From Candidatus Buchananbacteria bacterium (GTDB taxonomy: Bacteria > Patescibacteriota > Patescibacteriia > Buchananbacterales > UBA6539), in NCBI GenBank assembly GCA_013359225.1, contig JABWCG010000001.1:276441-340440 (forward strand): a DNA stretch of 64,000 nucleotides, written 5' to 3'. Both the position numbers and the translations under genes were made by a program. The notes below the pieces were generated by a model. The model worked only from the letters and a program-made list of their open reading frames with translations. It ran no database searches and was not told the DNA's origin. Of the stretch, positions 29,144 through 38,780 are shown piece by piece (position 1 is the first letter of the stretch; each line of letters opens with the position of its first letter).

Positions 29144-30226
29144 ATGCTTAAAATTTTGAAGGAATCCAAAAAATCAGCCGCCCGACTTACTAAGCTTAAA
29201 ACTGCCCATGGTGATATCATGGGCCCTTTTTTTATGCCAATTGCCACTAAAGCGGCCGTCAAAAATCTTTCCACCCCTGAATTGAAAAATTTAAAAGCTG
29301 AAATTATTCTGTCAAACACTTACCACCTGATGCTTGCCCCTGGTTCAGCGCTAATTAAAAAAGCCGGCGGTTTGCATCAATTTATGTCCTGGCCCGGACC
29401 AATTTTAACTGATTCCGGAGGGTTTCAGGTATTTTCGCTTTCGCGACTTCGACAAGTTAAAGAAGACGGCGTGATGTTTTCCGACCCTAAAAGTGGTGCT
29501 AAACATTTTTTAACTCCCGAAAAATCAATTAGTATCCAGCAGGATTTGGGGGTTGATATTATGATGGCCTTTGATGACGTTATCGGTTATCCAGCAACAA
29601 AAAAACAAGTTAAAGAATCGATGCAACGAACTAGTCGCTGGGCGAAGCGATGCAAGACTGCCCATCAAAATAAAACCCAGTTGCTTTTTGGTATCGTTCA
29701 AGGCGGGGTTCATAAAGATTTGCGTCAGCAGTCTCTTGCGGATCTACTGCCACTTGATTTTGACGGATACGCAATTGGCGGCGTTGCTGTCGGAGAACCC
29801 AGAAACAAAATGAAAGATATTTTGAATTGGACCGTGCCACACTTGCCCAAAAATAAGCCCCGCTATTTAATGGGTTTGGGTAAACCCGAAGAAATTGTCG
29901 CGGCCGTCAAACAGGGAATTGATATGTTTGATTGTGTCATTCCAACCAGGGAGGCCCGACACGGTCGGCTATATTTATGGCACGGTAAGGCTGACATAAC
30001 AAAAAAGAACTTTTACACCACCATTAATATTACTAATGCTAAATTTATCAAGGATTTTAAGCCGGTAAACGATACTTCACTCAAGGGATATTCGCGTGCC
30101 TATCTCAACCATTTATTCAAAACTCAAGAATCTCTTGCGCTACGGCTAGCAACGATTAATAACCTTGAATTTTATCTTTCATTAATGGCAAAAATTCGAA
30201 AAGGGATCAGCGATGGAAAATTATAG
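29144..30226 (+). CDS. tgt: tRNA-guanine(34) transglycosylase
   Basis: LSNTYHL, LTDSGGFQVFSL, GIVQGG, PRYLMG, DMFDCVIPTR. Confidence 0.95.
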   Translation: MLKILKESKKSAARLTKLKTAHGDIMGPFFMPIATKAAVKNLSTPELKNLKAEIILSNTYHLMLAPGSALIKKAGGLHQFMSWPGPILTDSGGFQVFSLSRLRQVKEDGVMFSDPKSGAKHFLTPEKSISIQQDLGVDIMMAFDDVIGYPATKKQVKESMQRTSRWAKRCKTAHQNKTQLLFGIVQGGVHKDLRQQSLADLLPLDFDGYAIGGVAVGEPRNKMKDILNWTVPHLPKNKPRYLMGLGKPEEIVAAVKQGIDMFDCVIPTREARHGRLYLWHGKADITKKNFYTTINITNAKFIKDFKPVNDTSLKGYSRAYLNHLFKTQESLALRLATINNLEFYLSLMAKIRKGISDGKL

Positions 30227-31268
30227 GAAAAAAATTATTTTTTTTATCTCCAGCATGGTGCTAATGTCTTTTTTTCCAGTAACAAATGTCGCACGAGCAA
30301 CCACTCTGGCTGAAAGTTTACGCGGGTATATTTTGTTGCAAGTTGAAGAAAAGGGTGAAGCCTGGTATGTCAACATGAATGATTTTCGACGCTACTACCT
30401 TCAAAACGGTCAAATTGCCTATGTGGTGCTGCGGGAATTCGGTCTTGGAATAACCAATGATGATTTAGAAAAAATCCCGGTTGGTATTAAAGAGCTCGAC
30501 GATCAAGTTGATAGCGACAATGATTCTTTGGCCGATAGATTAGAAGAAGCGCTTGGCACTAATCCGCTTAGCCCTGATTCCGATGGCGACGGCTATACCG
30601 ACGGCGTGGAAGTTAAAAACTCGTATCAACCCCTAGGGCCGGGTAAACAAACTATTGATCTAAGCCTGGCTAGCCGGCTCAAAGGCCAAATTTTACTTCA
30701 GGTTCAATCAAAAGGACAAGCCTGGTATATAAACCCTGCTGACAGTAAACGCTACTACCTGAAAGACGGTTTAGCAGCATACGAAATTATGAGATTTTTA
30801 AGCTTGGGAATTACCAATAAAAATCTGGAACAAATCCCAACCGGCGTTTTGAATTTTACTATTGATACACCAACACCCGCACCAGTACCGGTTACTGAGT
30901 CGCCGCAATCTAATAATGAGCCAACGGTGAATCCAGCCGGCGCATATCAATGGGTAGGACCCCATCAAACCACTCAGGCTGAAGCAATTACTAAAATAGA
31001 CGCATATCTTGATGAATTAATCAACCAAAATTTTTCCGGTGTTGAATTAAGCAATAAGCAATCTTCGTGGTCCGGTAATGTTCTTAGTTTTTCTTTTACT
31101 ATTAAGAAATTGTTCATCAGCGCCCAGATTAAAGGCCAGGTGGTCGTTACGAATAACGAAGTCAAACTCGGGCTGGATTTTCCGGAGATTATTACGGTGT
31201 TTGTTACCAAAGAAAAGGTTGATGCTATCGTTCAAGAAAAAGTTAATGAATTGTTTCAAATTGATTGA
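30213..31268 (+). CDS. Secreted protein with duplicated ILLQV..KG.AWY repeats, DxDxDG Ca-binding motifs and a distinct C-terminal domain
   Basis: Signal peptide; two ~55-aa repeats; DSDNDSL/DSDGDGY motifs; Pro/Thr linker. Confidence 0.7.
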   Translation: MENYRKKIIFFISSMVLMSFFPVTNVARATTLAESLRGYILLQVEEKGEAWYVNMNDFRRYYLQNGQIAYVVLREFGLGITNDDLEKIPVGIKELDDQVDSDNDSLADRLEEALGTNPLSPDSDGDGYTDGVEVKNSYQPLGPGKQTIDLSLASRLKGQILLQVQSKGQAWYINPADSKRYYLKDGLAAYEIMRFLSLGITNKNLEQIPTGVLNFTIDTPTPAPVPVTESPQSNNEPTVNPAGAYQWVGPHQTTQAEAITKIDAYLDELINQNFSGVELSNKQSSWSGNVLSFSFTIKKLFISAQIKGQVVVTNNEVKLGLDFPEIITVFVTKEKVDAIVQEKVNELFQID

Positions 31269-31807
31269 TGAACAAACCAAGATATCAAGCAGTGGTTGTT
31301 GTCACCATTGACGGCAAAATCGCCAAACATGCCAACCATAACGTCAATTGGTCCAGCCCGGAAGATAAAAGATTCCTACACCAAAAAATTAAAGAAAGCG
31401 ACGTTATTATTATAGGCCGAAAGACTTTTGAAGTTGCCAAAAAGGCTTTAACAAAAAAAGAATTTATAACCAGAAACTACATTGTTCTTACCCGGTCAGT
31501 AAAAAACAGTAGGCGACTGGATGGACAGACACTATTAGTAAACCCTTCGAAAGTTGATATTAATCAAATGATTATTGATCTTGGGTGTACTAAAGTCTGC
31601 ATCCTGGGTGGTACTAAAACCTACGGCCTAATGCTGAGAATGAATTTAATTGACGACTTATTTATCACTATTGAGCCAATGGTGTTTGGAAGCGGGCAAG
31701 GAATTTTTGATTTTGTCGGTACCACCAGGCGTTTTATTTTAAAATCAATAAAATCTTTAAATAAAGAGGGAACTATTTTGCTTCATTACCAAAAAAATAA
31801 GCACTAA
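31268..31807 (+). CDS. Dihydrofolate reductase/RibD C-terminal family protein
   Basis: TIDGKIA, WSSPED, IGRKTF, ILGG, LIDDLFITIEPMVFGSG. Confidence 0.85.
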   Translation: MNKPRYQAVVVVTIDGKIAKHANHNVNWSSPEDKRFLHQKIKESDVIIIGRKTFEVAKKALTKKEFITRNYIVLTRSVKNSRRLDGQTLLVNPSKVDINQMIIDLGCTKVCILGGTKTYGLMLRMNLIDDLFITIEPMVFGSGQGIFDFVGTTRRFILKSIKSLNKEGTILLHYQKNKH

Positions 31808-31878
31808 ACGTTGACTGCTGCCGTCTTTGTGTGTTATCGTAGTGACACCTCTAAAGCACCTTCAAGGAGGGTTTCACT

Positions 31879-32022
31879 ATGAGGCTCTACCGCTTGTTAC
31901 CAGACGAGACTCGAGTGCCGTTCTTGTCCGCAATTCGCAAATGGCTGAAAAAACGCCATTACCATAAAAAACACGCCAAAAAGAAACGGCGCCAAACAAC
32001 CAACCACATCAGTGGTTCCTAA
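31879..32022 (+). CDS. Small highly basic protein, 47 aa, not in the ORF track
   Basis: AAGGAGG SD at 31864-31870; MRLYRLLPDETRVPFLSAIRKWLKKRHYHKKHAKKKRRQTTNHISGS; upstream TTGACT..TATCGT; terminator immediately after. Confidence 0.6.
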   Translation: MRLYRLLPDETRVPFLSAIRKWLKKRHYHKKHAKKKRRQTTNHISGS

Positions 32023-32055
32023 AACCGAGCGTCAACTTTCCGACCTCGGTTTTTT
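32021..32055 (+). terminator. Intrinsic terminator
   Basis: aaaaccgag..gtc/gac..ctcggtttttt. Confidence 0.7.
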
Positions 32056-32092
32056 ATTTAAACTACTTTTGTGGTATAATTTAAACAAATTT

Positions 32093-32470
32093 ATGGTTAA
32101 TAATCTTGCAGCCTCTGCCTTTAAATACATTATTATTGATTTAATCGGCGATATTTTATATTGGCCGATTTGGTGGTATTCAAAAGGACTCTTAAAAGCG
32201 ACAAAGGCATCGATCAACGCCATAATCAACCAGGAGCGTTCGCTTGGTCTGGGGATTTGGGTAAAAAATATTTTTACTCCGATGTTTGGCCAGTATGATA
32301 TTGAAGGCAGAATTATTAGTTTTTTTGCCCGACTGATTCAAATTATCGTCCGAAGCATTATTCTGTTCGTCTGGGCGGTTGTTGTACTGCTTTTCTATCT
32401 GTTTTGGCTAATTCTGCCGGTAATTGTCGTCTACGAAATCTACTATAATATTTTAGGATTATTCGCCTAA
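32093..32470 (+). CDS. Small integral membrane protein coupled to the Clp ATPase gene
   Basis: YWPIWWYSKG, KNIFTPMFGQYDIEGRIISFFAR; TGnTATAAT upstream; 2 nt from the next start. Confidence 0.75.
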   Translation: MVNNLAASAFKYIIIDLIGDILYWPIWWYSKGLLKATKASINAIINQERSLGLGIWVKNIFTPMFGQYDIEGRIISFFARLIQIIVRSIILFVWAVVVLLFYLFWLILPVIVVYEIYYNILGLFA

Positions 32471-32472
32471 CT

Positions 32473-35241
32473 ATGGCCGAAAAAGAAGTCCAAAAAATTA
32501 GTCTGACATTTCTTAGTTGTCCGACGTGCGGCGGCCAGGGATACCAAAACGGCAAACACTGCCTTGATTGCGAGACGGTTAGTGTAATCGCCTGGGACGG
32601 CAGCCGGGTGTTGCAGTGGGGTAAAAAAATAGATTTTTTGCACATTGCCCAGGAAAAACTGGAATTAACGGTCAAAAACACCATCAATTTTTTACTGTTA
32701 TTGGTTGGGCTGGTTGGTGTTGCTTTTCTGGGGTGGTTTATTTATGATTTCACTCAAACTAAATTTACTCTCAACCAAATATTGTCGGCGCATGACTGGC
32801 GCTTATTATTATTTTGGCTTTCAGTCTTGACTGACGGCTATTTATACTACCGATTTCAACGAGAAGTGGAAAAAATCAGTTATATTCCGAAGAAAAAATT
32901 TGATCAAGCCCCTGTTCAGTTACCGGCCGTTACCTGGCCGCAGGCAAAAAATATCGGCAAAGCCAAAAAAGAAGAGATTTCAAAATATTTTAATTTTGAA
33001 GCCCAAACGGCGATTTCCAAAGCTTGGGAATTGGCGAATAAATATGACGACGCTTATGTCAATCCAATTCATTTGTTAATTTCTCTGTTAACATTCCAGC
33101 AAACGCAGATTATTTTCAGTCGTCTAGGGATACCATTCAATAATTTGAAAAGTAAAATCAGGAATAATTTAACATTTCAATCGCCAAAAACTCAAGATCC
33201 GGTTGCTTTTTCTCAGTCAGTCTGGCAAATCATCTACAACGCTTATTTTCGAGCATATCAACTCCGGCAGAAAAAAGTTGATGTTACCGAATTGCTTGAA
33301 GAATTAGCCAATCAGGATAATGAAGTTAAAGAATTATTATACGATCTTAATGTCACAAGTGATAAAATTCAAAACGTTGTCGCTTGGCTCCGAATCAGAA
33401 AACAACTAACCGAAAACTGGAATCGTTTTCGTCGTCGCGCGTCGCTTAAGCCAAAAGGCAATATGGACCGGGCAATGACGGCCATTGCCACGCCGGTAAT
33501 TGACGCTTTTAGTAACGATATGACTTATTTGGCGCGCAGCGGGTATTTAATGCCGTGTGTTGGCCGGGAGCAGCAAATTGAAGATATTTTTAATATTATG
33601 CAGGGCGCTAACCGCCGCAGCGCTTTACTGGTCGGTAATCCGGGAGTTGGCAGAAACACCATTGTTGAAGGAATTGCCAATTTGATGGCCGAAGAGGCAG
33701 TGCCGGAATTTTTACAGGATAAACGACTGGTCAGTTTAAGTATTGCCAAGCTCGTTAGTGGTACAACACCAACCCAAGCCCAGGAGCGACTAATGATGAT
33801 CATTAATGAAATCAGACGGTCGGGCAATATTGTTTTATATATCAATGATATTCATAATATGGTTGGTATCAGTGCCGGACAGCAGGGGAGTATTGATCTT
33901 GCCGATGTTTTATCACAGGCACTTAACACTAATACGGTTTTAGCAATCGCCAGCACCACCCCAAATGATTACCGACGCTACCTTGAAGGAAAAAGTTCAA
34001 TCGATAACGTTTTTCAAAAAGTTGAGATTAAAGAAGTGTCCGGCAATGAAGCAATTCAAATTTTGGAATCAAAAGTCGGATCATTTGAATATAAAAATGA
34101 AGTTTTCTTTTCTTATGATGCCATTGCCCAGACTGTAAAATTGTCCGAACGCTACCTTCATGACCGCTATTTGCCAGAAAAAGCCATTGAAATTATTGAG
34201 GAGGTTTCCGCTGTCGTCAGACAACAAAAGGGAAAAAATGCCATTGTCACCGCCAATGACGTCGCTTTGGTTGTTTCCAGAAAAACCAATATTCCTTTAA
34301 CCGAAATTACCCAAGAAGAGTCGGCAAAACTACTGGGCCTGGAAGATAAAATCCATCAAAGAGTCATTGATCAAACCGAAGCCGTTAAAATGGTTTCAGC
34401 TGCTTTGCGCCGCGCCCGGGCCGAAATGAGAGACATTTCGCGGCCGATTGTAAACCTGCTATTTTTAGGACCAACTGGTGTTGGAAAAACTGAATTGGCC
34501 AAAACCGTCGCTGAAGTTTATTTTGGTGACGAAAAAAACATGATCCGGCTTGATATGTCAGAGTATCAGGAAAAGTCCAGCATTTCGCGCTTGATTGGCG
34601 CGCCGCCCGGTATGGGGAGCAGTGAAGGCGGTTATTTATCCGAAGCAATCAGAAAAAATCCGTTTTCACTGATCTTGCTTGATGAGTTAGAAAAAGCACA
34701 CCCCGATATTCTCAACATCTTTTTGCAAATTATGGACGATGGTCGCTTGACCGATAATATCGGCCGGACTATTGATTTTACTAACTCAATTATCATCGCC
34801 ACATCAAACGCCGGCACCAGATTCATCCAAGATAAAGTTAAAGAAGGTCAAAGTGTTGAACAAATTAAACAACAGCTAATGGATGTTGAATTGCACCAGT
34901 ATTTCCGGCCGGAATTTTTAAACCGGTTTGACGGTATTATTGTTTTCAAGCCCCTATCAATTCAAAACGTTGAAGAAATCGCCAAGCTGATGACCAAAAA
35001 AGTCGCCAAAAATCTTGAAGAAAAGGGTATTACGCTGGAAGTCGAGCCGCAAGCGTTAGCGGAATTAGCACAGCAAGGCTATGATCCGGAATTTGGCGCC
35101 AGACCGTTACGAAGAATTATTCAGGAAAAAGTTCAAGATCCGATTGCTAACGAGCTTTTAGCGGGAAAAATTGGCCGCCGCGATACAATTATTTTTGGCG
35201 TCGGTGGTCGTATTAATGTTATTAAGGCCAAAGAAATATAA
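32473..35241 (+). CDS. Clp/Hsp100 AAA+ ATPase with N-terminal Zn finger and TM helices
   Basis: CPTC..CLDC, two TM helices, Clp-N repeats, D2 GPTGVGKTE / LLDELEKAH / RPEFLNRFD / GARPLRR. Confidence 0.9.
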   Translation: MAEKEVQKISLTFLSCPTCGGQGYQNGKHCLDCETVSVIAWDGSRVLQWGKKIDFLHIAQEKLELTVKNTINFLLLLVGLVGVAFLGWFIYDFTQTKFTLNQILSAHDWRLLLFWLSVLTDGYLYYRFQREVEKISYIPKKKFDQAPVQLPAVTWPQAKNIGKAKKEEISKYFNFEAQTAISKAWELANKYDDAYVNPIHLLISLLTFQQTQIIFSRLGIPFNNLKSKIRNNLTFQSPKTQDPVAFSQSVWQIIYNAYFRAYQLRQKKVDVTELLEELANQDNEVKELLYDLNVTSDKIQNVVAWLRIRKQLTENWNRFRRRASLKPKGNMDRAMTAIATPVIDAFSNDMTYLARSGYLMPCVGREQQIEDIFNIMQGANRRSALLVGNPGVGRNTIVEGIANLMAEEAVPEFLQDKRLVSLSIAKLVSGTTPTQAQERLMMIINEIRRSGNIVLYINDIHNMVGISAGQQGSIDLADVLSQALNTNTVLAIASTTPNDYRRYLEGKSSIDNVFQKVEIKEVSGNEAIQILESKVGSFEYKNEVFFSYDAIAQTVKLSERYLHDRYLPEKAIEIIEEVSAVVRQQKGKNAIVTANDVALVVSRKTNIPLTEITQEESAKLLGLEDKIHQRVIDQTEAVKMVSAALRRARAEMRDISRPIVNLLFLGPTGVGKTELAKTVAEVYFGDEKNMIRLDMSEYQEKSSISRLIGAPPGMGSSEGGYLSEAIRKNPFSLILLDELEKAHPDILNIFLQIMDDGRLTDNIGRTIDFTNSIIIATSNAGTRFIQDKVKEGQSVEQIKQQLMDVELHQYFRPEFLNRFDGIIVFKPLSIQNVEEIAKLMTKKVAKNLEEKGITLEVEPQALAELAQQGYDPEFGARPLRRIIQEKVQDPIANELLAGKIGRRDTIIFGVGGRINVIKAKEI

Positions 35242-35253
35242 CCGTCTTTCACA

Positions 35254-36300
35254 ATGATCTACTTACTAGCCGTTTTAACGGGCACTGCGTTTTCCCTCAT
35301 TTTAACCCCGTTTATCAGAAAACTTGCTCTTCATCATCAGATTGTTGATTTGCCAAACCCGAGAAAAATTCATTCTACACCAACGCCACTACTCGGCGGT
35401 TTGGCGATTTTTTTCGCGTTTTTTTTCAGCACCTTAATTTTTTGGTTTGCCGGCTATATTGAAGACAGCCGAATAACACAAACACAAGTTTTAGCTATCT
35501 TGTGCGCCGGCGCAGCATTAATGATTGGCGGGGTACTAGACGACAAATTTAATCTCAAGCCAGCACAACAAATCATCTGGCCTCTTATTGCCATCGCTTT
35601 AATGATTACTGCCGGCGTCAAAATTCAATTTGTTACCAACCCGCTTGGCGGCGTGCTGGAATTCTCGTCTTTATTAGGAGTTATTACTGCCAGCCTGTGG
35701 ATTTTAGGAATGATTTATACCACTAAATTTTTAGACGGTTTAGACGGCTTGGTGGCCGGTATTACCACCATTGGAGCCACTATTATTTTTATTGTCAGCT
35801 TATACTGGGACGTACCATTATCTGGCACCTCAATCTTGTCTCTTATCCTGGCTGGCAGTTGTCTGGGTTTTTTAGTTTTCAACTGGCATCCGGCAAAAAT
35901 ATTTCTTGGAGAAGGGGGCAGTATTTTTTGCGGCTTCATGTTGGGGACCTTGGCTATTATTTCCGGCTCAAAAATTGCCACAGCGCTGTTGATTATGGGT
36001 GTGCCAATTCTCGACGTTGCCTGGGTTATTGTTCGCCGAATTTGGGAAGGCCGTTCACCGGTTTCAGCAGACCGCAAACACTTGCATTTTCGTCTTTTAG
36101 ATATTGGCCTAAATCACCGCCAGTCAGTTATAGTATTATATCTGATTACGATTGCATTTGGTACAACCTCGCTATGGCTTCACTCTAAAGGAAAAATTAT
36201 CGCTTTAGGAATTTTAGGAATCTTTATGGTACTATTAATTACCAGCTTAGTCTGGACATATCAACAAAAAATTAAAAATGACCAAGCAACAAAAAATTAA
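35254..36300 (+). CDS. WecA/TagO-like undecaprenyl-phosphate GlcNAc-1-phosphate transferase
   Basis: RKIH..PTPLLGG, GVLDD, LDGLDGL, PAKIFLGEGG, DRKHLHFRL. Confidence 0.9.
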   Translation: MIYLLAVLTGTAFSLILTPFIRKLALHHQIVDLPNPRKIHSTPTPLLGGLAIFFAFFFSTLIFWFAGYIEDSRITQTQVLAILCAGAALMIGGVLDDKFNLKPAQQIIWPLIAIALMITAGVKIQFVTNPLGGVLEFSSLLGVITASLWILGMIYTTKFLDGLDGLVAGITTIGATIIFIVSLYWDVPLSGTSILSLILAGSCLGFLVFNWHPAKIFLGEGGSIFCGFMLGTLAIISGSKIATALLIMGVPILDVAWVIVRRIWEGRSPVSADRKHLHFRLLDIGLNHRQSVIVLYLITIAFGTTSLWLHSKGKIIALGILGIFMVLLITSLVWTYQQKIKNDQATKN

Positions 36301-36730
36301 ATCCCTCCTGCTGTTTTTCGGCTTAATTGTTGGGCTATTGATTATCTACCTTGCTAACCAACATTTTGATAAAGGCACTGTCGCCCTTAATGGCAACCGC
36401 GTTAAAGTAGAAATTGCCAGCACCCCGCAACAATGGGCCCAAGGCCTTTCAAATCGTGACGGTTTAAAGCAAAATAATGGTTTATTGTTTGTCTACCCGG
36501 ACTATCTCTACCGCAATTTTTGGATGAAAGATATGAAATTTGAAATAGACATTATCTGGATTGCGGAAAATAAAATTGTCGGCATTGAAAAAAATGTGCC
36601 ACTACCAACAACTGTCCCAATTCCAACCTATCGGTCCCCAAAACCAGTCAATTACGTTTTAGAAGTAACCGCCGGGTATGCCGACCAGCACCATCTGCAA
36701 ATCGGCGATCCAGTAATATTTAACCTATGA
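36278..36730 (+). CDS. DUF192 family protein
   Basis: VEIA...GLSNR..L....GLLFVY, FWMKDM.FEIDIIWI, YVLEV.AG. Confidence 0.88.
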   Translation: MTKQQKIKSLLLFFGLIVGLLIIYLANQHFDKGTVALNGNRVKVEIASTPQQWAQGLSNRDGLKQNNGLLFVYPDYLYRNFWMKDMKFEIDIIWIAENKIVGIEKNVPLPTTVPIPTYRSPKPVNYVLEVTAGYADQHHLQIGDPVIFNL

Positions 36731-38217
36731 AAGTAATCTTGAAAAAAATAGGGAAGTTAGAAATCATTATTTTTGTTTCCGGTTCAGTGGTAATGGTGCT
36801 TGAACTTATCGGTTCAAGAATCGTTGCGCCGTATCTTGGAACTTCAATTTTTGTTTGGGCATCATTGATTGGTATTATTTTAGGCGCTTTAAGCTTAGGC
36901 TACTATCTTGGCGGGCGGTTTTCCAAAACTAATCCGAATCTCCAATTTCTTGGTCGCACTTTACTTTTGGCCGGTTTATCAATTCTGCTAATTACCCTGA
37001 TCCAAAAACCGGTTCTCACTCTTGCCATGCAGCTTGGCGTAAAGACGGGTTCGGTGGTGGCAACGCTCGGCCTGTTTACCATTCCCAGTATCATCATGGG
37101 TATTGTGTCGCCGTATGCCATTCGTCTAAAAACCGACACCGTTGAACACGCCGGAGGTGTCGCCGGGAATTTATATGCTCTCTCAACTATTGGCAGCATT
37201 GCCGGAACTTTTTTAGCCGGGTTTTATTTAATACCAACGTTTGGCAGTCAGCAAATCCTTTTTGGGCTCAGTATTACTCTCATTCTAGTTTCTCTTTTGG
37301 CTAATAAAAATATCTTTAGTTTCTTGATTTTATTATTAGCATTTAACCTGCTTGGTTTTTCTTCGTTAACTGATTCAAAATTTGTCTATGAATCAGAAAG
37401 TGCGTATAACCATATCATTGTAAAAGACGGCGTTGATAAATCGGGCCGCCAGGTTAGAGCCCTATATTTGGCAACTGAATTGCATTCAATTATCTACAAA
37501 GATTCAACTGAGCTCGCCTCAAAATACCATCAAAATTATGCTTTAGATACTTTATTTAAACCAGACATCGCTACGGCGTTGAGTTTAGGCGGCGGGGCAT
37601 ACGTTGCACCTCAAGATTTTTTGCGCCGTTTCCCCGACGCCAAAATGACTGTGGTAGAAATTGATCCTGAAGTTACCGCCGTTGCCCGTGATTTTTTTGG
37701 GTTAAAGTCCAATCCGCGGCTAACTATCCGCCACGAAGATGGCCGAATTTTTCTAAATAATAATCAAGAAAAGTTTGATGTCATTTATGGTGACGCCTTT
37801 GCTTCGTACTATTCAATCCCGTTTCAACTGACAACAGCAGAGGCAGTAAAAAAAATGCATGATGCACTGACTGACGACGGCATTTTAATTTTAAATGTTA
37901 TTTCCGGCCTGGATGGCGACCGCGCAAAATTTTTAAATGCTGAATATTTAACTATTAAACAGTACTTCCCACAGATCTATTTGTTCCCCGTTGATTTTCG
38001 TGACGAGGCTAATTTTGATAAAATCCAAAATATTGTTTTGATTGCGACAAAAAATTCCAATCGGCTTTCAAAAGAAGAGATGTTGAATCTGGCAAATGCT
38101 AATCAAGTCCCATATGTTAATAATCTTTGGGAACAGCAACCAAATATCAAACCGACTGACCGGATTCTAACTGACGATTTCGCACCCGTTGACTACTATA
38201 TTTCAAAATTTCTCTAG
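36727..38217 (+). CDS. Fused membrane domain / spermidine-synthase-like SAM-dependent protein
   Basis: MVLELIGSRIVAPYLGTS, GNLYALSTIGS, LGGGAY, VEIDPEV, EDGRIFL, LTDDFAPVD. Confidence 0.88.
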   Translation: MKVILKKIGKLEIIIFVSGSVVMVLELIGSRIVAPYLGTSIFVWASLIGIILGALSLGYYLGGRFSKTNPNLQFLGRTLLLAGLSILLITLIQKPVLTLAMQLGVKTGSVVATLGLFTIPSIIMGIVSPYAIRLKTDTVEHAGGVAGNLYALSTIGSIAGTFLAGFYLIPTFGSQQILFGLSITLILVSLLANKNIFSFLILLLAFNLLGFSSLTDSKFVYESESAYNHIIVKDGVDKSGRQVRALYLATELHSIIYKDSTELASKYHQNYALDTLFKPDIATALSLGGGAYVAPQDFLRRFPDAKMTVVEIDPEVTAVARDFFGLKSNPRLTIRHEDGRIFLNNNQEKFDVIYGDAFASYYSIPFQLTTAEAVKKMHDALTDDGILILNVISGLDGDRAKFLNAEYLTIKQYFPQIYLFPVDFRDEANFDKIQNIVLIATKNSNRLSKEEMLNLANANQVPYVNNLWEQQPNIKPTDRILTDDFAPVDYYISKFL

Positions 38218-38416
38218 GTTTTACAAAAACTCAAAACTCCCGGTACGCTGGCGGCAGCAAAGGCTGCTTTTTTGTTCCAATTGAAACCAGCCCCAATCAA
38301 CGGCTGAGGCTAAAAAATTAACTCCATTAAAAGTCCTCTTTTAATACCCTTGACTTTTTTCACCCAAACTTATACACTGTAGGAGTTACTAAATTTTAGA
38401 AATTTTTTGCTAAATT

Positions 38417-38728
38417 ATGTCACTAGCTGTTATCAAAACCGGCGGAAAACAATACCTCGTTAAAACTGGGGATAAAATTAAAGTTGATAAAATCAACGGC
38501 AAAAAACCGGGTGAAATGATCAAATTAGACACCCTTATTATTACAGATGAAAAAGGGGATAATGTTGAAATCGGTAAACCACTATTAAAAACAACTGTTG
38601 AAGCTAAAATCATTAAACACAGTACTGATAAAAAAATCAGCGTAGTTAAATATAAGTCAAAGACTCGCTACCGCCGCAATGTCGGCCATCGTCAGCAGTA
38701 TTCAGAAATCCAGATTGAAAAAATTTAA
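38417..38728 (+). CDS. rplU: 50S ribosomal protein L21
   Basis: AVIKTGGKQYLV, GHRQQYS. Confidence 0.96.
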   Translation: MSLAVIKTGGKQYLVKTGDKIKVDKINGKKPGEMIKLDTLIITDEKGDNVEIGKPLLKTTVEAKIIKHSTDKKISVVKYKSKTRYRRNVGHRQQYSEIQIEKI

Positions 38729-38740
38729 CTTTCAACTATA

Positions 38741-38780
38741 AAAACAAGCGCTCGAAGCAAATAGCTCGGGCGCTTTTGTT
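38741..38780. terminator. Bidirectional terminator
   Basis: aaaacaagcgctcga/tcgggcgcttttgtt between convergent genes. Confidence 0.7.

Noticed and set aside
38218-38400. GC-richer patch upstream of rplU as SRP RNA, L21 leader or small ORF
   Set aside because: Only a GCAGCC fragment resembles SRP; no convincing fold, and the candidate minus-strand frames are interrupted by stops
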